Part shown: positions 38,581-49,579 of the stretch, one piece after another
Layout of the letters: each line of letters opens with the position of its first letter
Position numbering within the stretch: position 1 is the first letter of the stretch
NCBI RefSeq assembly: GCF_018977255.1
Contig: NW_024705371.1
Coordinates: forward strand, 1-51,065
Source: Callorhinchus milii
Taxonomy: Eukaryota
Direction of reading: 5' to 3'
DNA length: 51,065 bases
Translations under genes and position numbers: made by a program
The notes under the pieces: generated by a model
What the model was told of the DNA's origin: nothing
Seen by the model: only the letters and a program-made list of their open reading frames with translations
Database searches by the model: none

Positions 38581-38906
38581 TTCACCACATTTTCCAAGAG
38601 CATACAACGTTTCAAGAAAGAAACAGCCTAAATTTTAACTTTGATGCAAGAAATAATATCCTCTTTTCACAGAGTATTCACCAGTCAGTTGTAGAGCATT
38701 TTATAAGCTGCTTGTAGAGAAGCAGTGGGGCCCTTTAGAGAGTACAGTGTACAGTAGTACAGTACAATGAGACAACATGAGGTTAGGCAGCACATGGCGT
38801 ATACCCACTTCACTCAAGAGTCACACTTATAACACCACTACAAACGTATAACTCGCTACACACGTAAAACGTAATGTAAGACTACACTGTGTATAGTATA
38901 GAGTAT

Positions 38907-39174
38907 TGAGAATAGGTTTTCCACTTTTTCTGGCAACAAAACAGGTGTTAAGATGTTAAAACACCAAACTGAAACCTTTTACAAGGAATCCTGTCTGCAT
39001 TAACCACAATACTTGTGGTCAGAATGCAATCAAAAAACATACTCTGATATATTATGCATTGTCTTTGAAACTGATTGGTCCACACCAGAGACGGCTTTCT
39101 TTGGAGCCTAGTCTCAAACGGTGTTAGACCAGAGGATGCCAAAAGGTGTTAAAAAAGGAGAAAACCTATTCTCA
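38907..39174. mobile_element. small MITE-like element
   Basis: Perfect 15-bp TIR TGAGAATAGGTTTTC / GAAAACCTATTCTCA flanked by TAT on both sides. Confidence 0.55.
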
Positions 39175-39199
39175 TATTTTGGTACTGGCAAAGGAGGTT

Positions 39200-39951
39200 C
39201 CATAAACAGGACCCTGCGGGGTGGGCTGGTACGAACGAATAACCAAAGAATATAAACATAATGTATTATTACACTTGTTTAGCCAGGAAAGCCCCACTGA
39301 GTCCAAAGGTTTTTGTAGGGTCCTGCCAAGTGTTTGCAGTAGGGGGCGATGTTGCTACACCTAATCGGACGATCCGAAGGGAGATTTTGAGGCCTAGTTC
39401 TAGGCTTTAGGCCTAGCTGTAGGCTTTAGGGCGCTGTGACCTAATTTTTAAATTGAAATGTTTTAATTATTAATGTATAATTAAAATGTTTTAATTATTA
39501 ATGTAAAAGCTTTAAATGTAAATGTTTCTATTTTAAAACATCAGGGAATGTAACATTGTTAAACATTAACTCCCTTTCACACACGCGGGGGTATGATACG
39601 AAGGGAGACTGTGAGGCCTAGTTCTAGGCTTTAGGCCTAGCTGTAGGCTTTAGGGCGTTGTGAGTTTTTATTTAATTTGAAAGTTTTAATTAAAAGCTAT
39701 CTCAGGGAATTATAAGGGAATGTTACACTTGTTTAGCCAGGAAAGCCTCATTAATTTAAATGTTTTAATTAAAAGCTATCTGAGGGAATTATAAGGGAAT
39801 GTTACACTTGTTTAACCTGGAAAGCGTCACTGAGTCTAAAGGTTTTTGTAGGGTCATGCCAAGTGTTTGCAGTAGGGGGCGATGTTGCTACACGGACGGA
39901 CGGACGAAATAATCTATTGTAGGCTGGTCCACTTCGTTCCTACCAGTATAA
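39200..39951 (-). mobile_element. DINE/HINE-like element, copy 2 (shorter, inverted)
   Basis: Reverse complement of the copy 1 5' ~500 bp and of its 3' end (CCATAAACAGGACCCTGCGGGGTGGGCTGGTACGAACGAA). Confidence 0.65.
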
Positions 39952-40984
39952 AGTATAGAGTACCGTCACGATACAGCACAACGCGATCACCATGGCGGAT
40001 TGTTTACAAACTGAGATTTCCGCGAGGCGCCACCAACCGGGCAGCATCCTGAAGATCCGTAAACAACGGAACTATGAGAAGTGCACGGCAAGTTGCCGGA
40101 CAAATGGCTGTCGGAATTTTTCCGGGTGACGGAAGGGTTAGGTTCCCAAGAGCGATCCGTAACCCGATTTTTCCATGTCGAAAACTGAACAATTTTCCCC
40201 TAAAATCAAGATACCTTCCTAAAGCAGGAAATAGTTGTTCCTCCCCCACTCGATTACTTGTTCGTTTTCTGTCAGTACTTTATCGCGCTGTCGTTTGTTT
40301 TCTATCGCTGCCTGTATCATCACTCTACATACGCTCTGCATTTCCTAGGATTCTTTCATTTCTTCAAATATCGATCCGAACATTGCCTATAATTAAATGA
40401 CTGGAACATACTGTATCCAATTGACTATGAAGACCAGAAACATTTTTACATGAATTGTTAACAGAAAGGAGTCACTTCCGAATGTTCGTTTACCATGCAT
40501 TAGGCTTGGCCTAGAATTCTCCGGTCACTGTTGGCTGAGACTATAAACAATCAAAGTGGAATTGTGTTAAATTAAGTACATACAGTAAATAACTGATAAA
40601 AAAATGTACTTCAAACAAAGAAAACTAGCAATAGAAATATGGGGAAAAAAGATAGTTCTAAGTACAGAAACATTTACTTAACGCTATGAAAAGATAATTA
40701 CGTAACACTACAATAAATTCGTTAATCTTAGAGAAGCTCGAGCGAGACGTAAGGTTGCCCCCGACCCCGCCTTACGTCTCACTCCACAGTATTCATCCGC
40801 AACCTCACCACGCTGCACTATTCGCTCTTACGTAATTAACGCAAAAATGTCCGCATATAGAATTTTTTTACTTACATGATTTATGGGGACTGTCTGTACA
40901 TGAAAAAAGATTCGCATTGCCGTCTACGACAGATACTGGTTAGTTAAGAGCATTCCAGATGGTAGAGTGCCGGATAACAGAGAT

Positions 40985-41190
40985 TTACTGTATTTCAATA
41001 CACCTTTATACTCTCCAATACACCAGTGTACTGCATTAGTCACAAATTGTAATGTTTTGTTTACGTGACAAACCTTACTAATAGGCATGTCGGGTGGTGG
41101 CGGATTTAACGACATTTATATTTACGCAATATAACCCAAAAAACTCTATTATGGATAAATTGATCGAGAAAGCCTGCTACGTGTTAAACT
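40985..41190 (+). mobile_element. PLE family C tail fragment
   Basis: GTTTACGTGACAAACCTTACT..GGTGGCGGATTTAACGACATTTATATTTACGC..GAAAGCCTGCTAC shared with 28095, 34536 and 49620. Confidence 0.6.
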
Positions 41191-41982
41191 GACAGCTTGG
41201 TAGTTTAACCTTACAATGTAAAGCAATAGCCTATTCTAAAAAAAGAGCGTACAAAGAGATGGCGTCACTGTTTCTTCCTCTCAGATCACTTGCAAAATAC
41301 AAGGAAACGATTGCAAAACATGGCAGAGTGAGTAAAACTTGTCGCTGCGAATCACAGACAGACGCAAGTGGCATCTTATCTAGTTGATTCGCATCCATCC
41401 ATTTTGGTCACTTGCTAAAGATATTTGTCAATTCCTGTAGAACTTAGTTTTCACCTTCTTGGTTCTTTCGGTAAAGTCACGTAGAAAGCAGACCTGAAAC
41501 ACGGTAGGACGAACACCTCAGCCGTGGCAGACCATTGTTATAATTCAATGGGCTCACATGACATTGACTTCTCCAAGATGGAGGTTCTCTGCAAGCCATC
41601 TGGCTACCATGAGAGATTCATTCATGAGGTCATCCACATATACAAACACAAAGACAATTTCAACCGAGAAGATGGATTCTGGCTCAGCAATCATTGGAAA
41701 GACATGATAAACCATTTCTGGTCTTGATTGATTGTGTTCACGTTTACGGTGACTTTCAGACCACAGTCCATTCGCTGGCATTGACTATATATCTTTTGTG
41801 TTCTCCTCACGGATCGGAGTCTTTGCCCTGCTGCAAGTCTCCTGCTGCCACTCTCCCATTACATGTTTCTTTGCCTCCTCTTGGTGCCTTTTACGTGACG
41901 GTCAATGGTATGGTGTATAGCAGATTGTATAATAATAAATAGTATAATAGTGTAATGTATAATATAATGTATAAGGTAATAT

Positions 41983-42280
41983 TTCGATTTAAAGCTTTCG
42001 TGACTGCAGGGATTCATATTCTTGGTTCTTTCGGTAAAGTCACGTAGAAGGGAAAAAATTAAATAATAAAATCAAACATAATATAATAAAATTATCACGA
42101 CGTTTCGGCCACAATGCAAGCAGCCGTCCTAAGGTGAAGCTGTCTTTCCGACAGCTCTGTTCTTCGCCTGAGGACGGCTGCTTGCGTTGTGGCCGAAACG
42201 TCGTGAGAATTTTATTATATGTGTTATTTTTATTATTTTATTATTTCCCTTCTACGTGACTTTACCGAAAGAACCAAGAA
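41983..42280. mobile_element. 298-bp palindromic PLE family A insertion carrying two opposed hammerhead motifs
   Basis: Two inverted pLTR ends; TATAAGGTAATAT duplicated at 41970-41982 and 42281-42293. Confidence 0.87.
42160..42209 (+). ncRNA. minimal type I hammerhead ribozyme
   Basis: UUCUUCGC-CUGAGGA-CGGCU..UGGCC-GAAAC-GUC-GUGAGAA. The opposite-strand twin (42092-42139) has core CUUAGGA and is probably inactive. Confidence 0.78.
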
Positions 42281-42566
42281 TATAAGGTAATATATAGTAT
42301 CGCAATTGTATAGTGAATATACAGCAGTGTGGTATACAGTAGGGTTTGTAAAATCATAGTGTAATATTACAATGTATAGTGTATAGTAACGCAATGTATA
42401 ATTCAATGTTGGGGTTTGTTTGTCTATGGCAGTGTTAGTACGAGGTATAGTCGTGTGATGTTGAAAAAAGTTTAGTTGGAGGCATATTATGTTTTTTGCG
42501 ACATAGAAGTGTAATGTATAATGACTTGTTAGCAGCTCAGCTTATTGGAAAGTATATTGAGTACAT

Positions 42567-45147
42567 CAGGCATGTCCAAAGTCCGGCCTGCGGGCCAATC
42601 ACGGCCCACAGTCAGATTTCATACGGCCCGCAGCTTCGGTCTTATAATGTGTTATTCATGGCTCGCTAGCTCTGTCAGAATAAATAAATCATAAAACTTC
42701 CTCCTTCCGCCACACGGTGGCAGCACCATTCTAATGCCCTCTGGCTTTGCATACGTGCTGCGAACCCTTCTCGAATTATTTCTGCCATGGCGACTGCAAA
42801 AATAAAAGAGAAAAGTTGACAGTGAGGGCCGCCGCTTTCAGGAGCGGTGGGAATTACAATACATCTTCACTGGAAATCGAGGCAATTGTGTTTGTCTAAT
42901 TTTTAAAGAGACGGATGCCTCAGTTAAGGATTTCAACGTAAAGAGACACTACAAAACTAAACATGCTACAACATACGACAAGCTAACAGGGAGTGACCGC
43001 ACTGAAAAAGTGAAGCAACTCCGTGCTGCTCTGGCATCGCAACAGCGATTCTTCACGCGGGCCTGTGAGTCAAAGGAAAACATCACAAAAGCCAGCTACG
43101 AAGTGGCCATGTTAATAGCTAAACATGGCAAACCTTTTACTGAAGGTGCATTTATCAAAGACTGTGTCATGAAAATGGTGGAGGGCATTTGCCCCGAGAA
43201 GAAGCAAGAATTTATGAATGTTTGCCTGTCACGCAACACTGTGGCATGGAGAGTTGAGGACATATCATCAGATATTCAGAGACAACTGGGGTACAGGGTG
43301 TGGCTTTTGATTATTTCTCATCAGCCTGCGATGAAAGCACCGATGCATCTGACACTGCACAACTACTTATTTTTTTAAGGCGGAGTTGATGACAACCTGA
43401 ATGTGACAGAGGAGCTGCTTGACCTCAAAAGCCTTAATGGGCAAACCAGAGGAACAGATTTTTTCGTTTCTGTTTGTGAAGCTGTTGATGATATGAAACT
43501 ACCATGGAGTAAAGTTTCTGGGATCATTACCGATGGTGCACCTGCCATGGCTGGTGAGTGAAGTGGATTGTCCACACTGATCTGCAATAAAGTCAGCGAA
43601 GAAGCAGGCAACGCTTTTAAACTTCACTGTATCATTCACCAGCAGGCTCTCTGCGCCAAACATCTCAAATTTGTCGATGTTATGAAACCAGTGGCAAAGG
43701 CAATCAATTATATTCGCTCTAAAGCTCTATACCACTGACAGTTTCAGCAGTTCTTGCATGACATCCAGGCTGAATACGGTGACGTAATATATCACAACGA
43801 TGTGAGGTGGCTAAGTCGGAGGTCCGCACTGCAGCGATTTTTCTCTCTCAAAGAGGAAATTGGACATTTTTTGGGTGAGAAGGGACAACCAATAGAAGAA
43901 CTGTCCGATCCTGTATTGTTGGCAAATCTGGCTTTTTTGGTTGACATAACGAAGCATCTGAATGCGCTGAATGTTAATCTTCAAGGAAAAGATGCAGTGG
44001 TGAGCCAGCTATATGCTCACATCAAGGCCTTTGGAACCAAACTGCAACTTTTCCAAAGACACTTGTCCCAAACAGAGCCCTGCACCGCGCACTTCCCAGC
44101 TTTGAAAGAGGTCATTGACAGTTTCCCACATGACAACATCGGTGCGGAAATGAAGAGTTATGCAACAGCTATCGCAACTCTTTCTGTGGAATTTAACAAA
44201 CGCTTTCGGGACTTTGCAGTTATTGAAAAGGACATGTTGCTTTTCTCTTTTCCCTTCTCCGTGGACCCTGATGACCAGCAGTGTTCTCTTGTTGACTTTT
44301 ACCGGCAGCTGGACAAAAGCAGGTTTCCCTAAATGCGGTCATTCGCTAAGAAAATGCTGAGCTTATTCGGCTCCACATATTTGTGTGAGCAAACATTCTC
44401 AATCATGAACTTAAATAAGAACCGATTGAGGTCAAGGATGAGTGACTCCCACTTGCGTGGCATTTTACGCATCTCAACCACTGCCCTCAAGCCAGACCTG
44501 GTCTCTTTACTGAAATCTATATCTCAGTATCAACCTTCTCATTAGTATCAGCAAGTTATCTGTTCCTTGATCAATCTGAAATTGAGTGTTTTGAACGCTC
44601 ACATCTGTCACTATTAACAGTGAAAAGCCTAACGCACACTAATGCACTTGGACTTATGGCACTTGTTTTATTAAACTCTTGAATAAGATTTGGTTAGAAC
44701 TGTTGATGTTATGTACCTGTAGATGTGACACAAACTAATGCTTTCTGAAAGATCTTGTAAAAGCCAAGGGCAAAATTCACTCTTTTAAAAGTTTAATGAT
44801 AACAGACCACTTTGCATTACTTATAACTCCTGTTAAAAATGTTCATGAGGTAAAGATATTTAACTCATGGAAATTTAAGGTATTCTATACAGTTTGTTCA
44901 ATGTTATCTGACTGAATTAAAGGCAGAATTGTGTTTTTAGAGTTGTTCACGTCTGCCTGAGTGACTTATATTTGGTTACATTGTCATTTGAAAAATAAAG
45001 GTAATTGTGACAATGAAAATTGTTTTATAACAGTGTGTGTTTTCACGTAACTTTTGTGATAAAAAAATGTCGGAAGGAACTATTGGCCCCCGGGCATCTT
45101 CACTTCATCAAATTTGGCCCTCTTTGCAAAAAGTTTGGACACCCCTG
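42567..45147 (+). mobile_element. decayed full-length hAT (Buster group), second family
   Basis: TIRs CAGGCATGTCCAAAGT / AGTTTGGACACCCCTG; perfect 8-bp TSD GAGTACAT (42559-42566, 45148-45155). Confidence 0.93.
42787..44545 (+). pseudogene. hAT transposase pseudogene
   Basis: IAKHGKPFTEGAFIKDC, CDESTDASDTAQL, ITDGAPAM, LHCIIHQQALC, DVRWLS, FGSTYLCEQTFS; several frameshifts, stops and a deletion near 44280. Confidence 0.93.
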
Positions 45148-45778
45148 GAGTACATTGATTATATTGATGTAGTTTATATTTTTTTTTACATCGGTTTATT
45201 GTATGGTAGTAGGGTAGATGCAGTTCTTTAGCGTCAATATGCTAAATTCCTCTCTTGATATGTAAACTCAGCTTATTGAAGAGTATACTGATTATTTTAT
45301 CGGTTCACTATATGGTAGTAATTATATAGTGTAGCATATACCCAGTTGCTTAATGTTAATAGTTTAGTTTATTGGAGAGCATATTGAGTACATTGATTAT
45401 ATTGATGTGATTTTATATTTAGTTTTTTCACATCGGTTCATTGTATGGTAGTAGGGTAGTTGCAGTTGTTTAGCATCAATATGCTAAATTCCTCTTTTGA
45501 TATGTAAACTTAGCTTATTTGAGAGTATATTGATTATAAAGATGTAGTTTATATTTTAGTTTTTTATTGGTTCACTATATGGTAGTCATTATATAGTGTA
45601 GTGTATACCCAATTACTTAATGCTAATAGCTCAGCTTATTGGAGACTATATTGAGTACATTGATTATATTGATGTAGTTTATATTTAGCTTTTTCACATC
45701 GGTTTATTGTAGGGAAGTGGGTAGTTGCAATTCTTTAGCGTCAATATGCTAAATTCATCTGTTGATATGTAAACTCCT
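45148..45778 (+). repeat. AT-rich tandem repeat (~240-270 bp, ~2.5 copies) inside the PLE 3' region
   Basis: GAGTACATTGATTATATTGATGT recurs at 45148, 45386 and 45653. Confidence 0.85.
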
Positions 45779-45870
45779 TTGTCACGGCTCTCTGCTCCTC
45801 CCACCCAGCTTATAAATGTGCTGCCAAGCTTAGCAGTGGTCATTACAAAGCTGTCTTTCAGACAGCTCTG

Positions 45871-45920
45871 TTATTCACCTGAGGACGGATGCTTGTGTTG
45901 TGGCCGAAACGTCGTGAGAA
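45871..45920 (+). ncRNA. minimal type I hammerhead ribozyme
   Basis: UUAUUCAC-CUGAGGA-CGGAU..UGGCC-GAAAC-GUC-GUGAGAA; one stem II mismatch. Confidence 0.7.
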
Positions 45921-46199
45921 TTGTATTGTTGGATTTCTATTATTTTTTTATTTCCCTTCTACGTGACTTTACCGAAAGAACCAAGAAGATGAATCCCTGC
46001 AGTCATGAAAGCTTTAAATCGAAATTTTGTTTTCACCGTTAACAAATTAATCTGGATGTATATAATTCGGGATACAAAGGGTTAGTCAGTCAGTCTCTTT
46101 GGCTCATATTTGCAGGTTGTTTTTTCCACTGTAGTAGCGCCCAGTTACGCCACTCGGGGCTTCACACGCAACTAGCCAAGAGGCATTTTACATGCTTTT

Positions 46200-47175
46200 A
46201 TTTAATTCACTCTGTCTGTTGTTGCCGTATCCTCAAATCTTGTAACTCAATTTTAACCCACTTCCCCAATGTGGTATCGACTGCAAACTTGGTATACTTA
46301 TGTCATACTGATGACAATACTATATTGTATCATAAAAAATGTAAACGATCTTTTCACATGCTTTCTATTAACTCACTGGCTGTTGTTGTCGTATCCTCAA
46401 ATCTTGTAACTTAATTTTAACCCACTTCCTAATGTGGTATCGACTGCAAAGTTGGTATACGTATGTCATACTGACAAGTAAACCCGTAAAAACAAAGTTT
46501 TTCACTCTAAATCCTTTATATGCGTGGCGGCTAGAGTTCTCTCGTCCTCTGGCTTGAGATGGCTGCAATCTATGGGTCAGATGATTGTCTGCCAGTATTA
46601 AGCAATTGGTAATTCAATATTTAATTAGTTTTCCCTAAACAGTGTAAAATTTTGGAAAAAAAATTCACGAAAATTAATTGTCACACACAACGAGTCTGTG
46701 TGGAAAATGTCAGCTCGATTGGATCACGGGAAGTGGGTTAAAAAACGAGCGAAAGATTTGCTCGTTCCTAAGCAAGCAAGCGAACTTAATATAAAGGATT
46801 TAAAAATATATTTGCCTGTGGAGGACGCGGGGATCGATCCCGCGACCTTTGGCATGGGAAGCGAGGGCGCTACTAACTGCGCTACTCCACCACGGCCTGT
46901 GGAGGGGTTACACTCTGGGCTCTTGCACTGTGATGTTCAGCCAAAGCCATGAATGCGTTATATTTGAATATATGTAAAATATTTTTTTTTTGCCTAAAAA
47001 GTGTAAAATTTTGGGAATGTTTTTTCACGAACAATAATTGTCTGGCACAACGAGTCTGTGTGGAAAATGTCAGCTCGATTGGATCACGGAAGTGGGTTAA
47101 AAAACGACCGAAAGATTTGCACGGTCCTAAGCAAGCAAGCAAGCACGCGGACTTAATATAAAGGATTTAATAACA
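46200..47175. repeat. cluster of related ~100-180 bp units (two direct on +, two on -), possibly Helentron-derived
   Basis: CAAATCTTGTAACT.AATTTTAACCCACTTCC at ~46235 and ~46398; inverse GAAGTGGGTTAAAAAACGA.CGAAAGATTTGC at ~46730 and ~47089 with (GCAA)n microsatellite. Confidence 0.6.
46819..46891 (-). pseudogene. tRNA-like sequence (Ala-type body, CCC at the anticodon position); tRNA pseudogene or SINE head
   Basis: GGTGGAGTAGCGCAGTTAGTAGCGC...TTCCCAT...GGTCGCGGGATCGATCCCCGCGTCCTCCA; perfect T stem, mismatched acceptor and anticodon stems. Confidence 0.6.
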
Positions 47176-47429
47176 ATACTATATTCTATAAAAAAAAAAA
47201 TTTTACATTATTTTTTATATGTTATGTTTCGGCTTGGGTCTAATTGTCCACGCTCAACTAATGTTGGCTGTAAATCACCACGGCCCCTTACGTTATGGCA
47301 AGCTTTGCGGCCAATTCCTGGAGTCGTGGAGTTCTGACATTACGAGTACGGTACATTTCATTAAAGCGTGCTTTTTAAAAAGTTTTTTTTTAAATATTAC
47401 TTATTGATGACATGTTCATGTAAAAAGAC

Positions 47430-47685
47430 AAAGATCCCCCGTGTAGCCTTAATAGTCTGTTTAGGCAAGTGCTGCTAACGAATAGCATCTATGAAGGCCC
47501 ACACGGCACACGAGGGGGTGGGTGGCCAACATCACGCCCGACCGCCTATGTCTCCCCAGTGGCGGTGTTTACACATTGCACAACATACTCATTTGAGACT
47601 GAGTCAACCTAGGGGAGGCCCAGGACTGGTTCAGATAATCTAACTCGGGTCGCCAGGTTAGTAGCGCAGCGGGCTAACCGCTACA
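47430..47685 (-). mobile_element. tRNA-derived SINE (family A)
   Basis: TACTCATTTGAGACTGAGTCAACCTAGGGGAGGCCCAGGACTGGTTCAGATAAT; collinear with 27255-27548. Confidence 0.8.
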
Positions 47686-48203
47686 CTATCGTACACATGC
47701 AGGCAGATATATACACACACACGTACATACACTCGTACGCGCGCGTGCACACAACCATATGTATGTACGTTGCCGTACGATTGTAATAGCTGTACCTTGC
47801 AGGTGGGGCACACAAACTCGCAGCCTGCGCGTGTGCTTTGTCCTGCAGGCATGCTCCACAGAAGACATGTCCGCACACCAGCAGGTAGGGGCGGCTGTTT
47901 GATGCCCCAGGCTCCACTGGGAAACGGACAAATTTAAAATCATGACAGAGGCATGGACGAAGTGCTAAGGCAGCAGCTGACGTGCAAAGACAGCGTCGGC
48001 TTTTTCACATTTTAAAGCGGCGACTCATCATCATAGCAGATTAAGGGGGCAAACTCGAGTCTGGAATTACTGTCCGTACAGGTTTTTAGTTTCAATCAAA
48101 GACTTGATTATCATTCAATCAGGTATATGATTGAATGACAACCATAGACCTTATTTTCAGTCAATCATGTTTATTATTGAATGACAATCATAGACCTGAT
48201 TGT

Positions 48204-48455
48204 CACCTACTGTTGTAAAGATCTGCAACTACTGAACTGTAGAGGCGATCACGTGGATTTCGGAGCAACATATTTGTTCAGTTTAAGCACGTGACTTTTA
48301 ATAAACATTTCCAAGAATATCAATGGATAACTCTTTGAGATTATTAATTTGGGCTTAAGGGAAAATACATGAGTTATTAATTTATGCCAAAATCTCAGGT
48401 GTTCGGTTAATCTGCAAATCAGATAAACCGCACGTGGATAAGCAAGGGTCTACTG
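48204..48455 (+). mobile_element. right end of the Tigger-like element seen at 25654-26574
   Basis: Collinear with 26343-26574, ending GGGTCTACTG. Confidence 0.75.
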
Positions 48456-48665
48456 GAATGCAAGTTTTTCCTGGGAGGGTTAGGGGTTTAAGGCTATAGG
48501 GTTTAAGTCAAGGGGTAGGGAACCCTACAGAATGCAACTTTACTTCCTATGGCATGTGGCCACATGAGGATTGTGAAGAAAAAGGACACACAAACGATGT
48601 GTCAACCACTGCAAAACATTCTTAGCTGCACCAATTGAAAACGACAAAAAAACGAACGATTTTCA

Positions 48666-48950
48666 TTTTACCAGGTAAGGTCCACTGAGCTGTGGCTCTT
48701 TATCAAAAGCGACCTGGATATCAAAAATGATAGCTCAACGAAGTAGATTATCATGTGGAAATGTATAGCAGCCCAAATACTATAAACGCATGTTCATAAA
48801 TGTGGAGGGAAAAACCAGAGGACCAGGAGAAAAGTCTTTTCGTCTATGGGGATACATGTAAACTCCAAATATACAGGCGTCAGGGTCGGGATCGAACCCA
48901 CGACCTCCTGTATACCAGGCGAGATAGTTAACATCTCGAGACCATGGCGC
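48666..48950 (-). mobile_element. V-SINE-like element (family B)
   Basis: Reverse-complement homolog of 7986-8275. Confidence 0.85.
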
Positions 48951-49579
48951 CCCTATTGGGTGGCCAATGTTTTCCATTTGCCAAAGTGTTACCAATTTTA
49001 GCAGCCACTCGTCACTGTTGGCTGCTGTTTTTCAATCACTATAAGTGGCAACCCAGGGCTAATGCACTAAGGGAAAAGACCAACAGATAGCAGGGATGCT
49101 ATAAGCATAGACATTGAGGGTCCTGGCACATGGAAGGAAGCGATGGTGTGGTGTGCAACCAACAACACAGGCTGTGATGACCTCTTGACCTTTGCAGAAG
49201 CATTCAAAGTCAACGCTTGCAAGCTGCTGGTGTCTTATATTACATTCACACGCCAGGGTGTAGCTTGAACTCACACGCCAGGGTGTAGTTTCGGAAGCAG
49301 CATCTGCAAGAGCGCGAGTTCATCCCGCGGCGCCTGTGTTCAAGGATGACGACATCTTCACCACGTGCTCTGCTCCAGGCACGGGCAGGTTTAGGCAGGA
49401 TTACTGTTGGTACGGCTATTTTAATACAGGCAATCGACAGGAAGGACAAGATCAAAGGATTCGCATAATGCGCATGCATAATTTACATTGACTCATTAAT
49501 CCCCCCCCCTTGCGCAAGAGCGCAGAAGCGTGGTCTCTATATAAAGAACGAAACCGGTGGACTTCTCCACAATTCTGGC

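Larger units (their letters stand above)
41456..46025 (+). mobile_element. 5'-truncated PLE family A copy with short inverted tail at its 5' end and two nested insertions
   Basis: Inverted tail 41456-41485; GIY-YIG C-terminus KADLKHGRTNTSAVADHCYNS...NFNREDGFWLSNHWKD (41486-41727); 3' hammerhead and tail; flanked by TTAGTTTTCACC (41444-41455) and TTTGTTTTCACC (46026-46037). Confidence 0.85.

Noticed and set aside
38166..38717. Pro-rich and Gly-rich ORFs
   Set aside because: Artefacts of the GC-box tract, open on both strands.
37313..39951. Single long-TIR DNA transposon
   Set aside because: Each half has its own internal 3' subterminal repeat and hairpin, which fits two separate elements better; not fully excluded.
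39995..40260. Host gene promoter or first exon
   Set aside because: CpG-rich, but no linked exon or diagnostic architecture; cannot be supported from sequence alone.
46819..46891. Functional tRNA-Gly(CCC) gene
   Set aside because: Acceptor and anticodon stems are mispaired, the body is Ala-like, and no oligo-T terminator follows.
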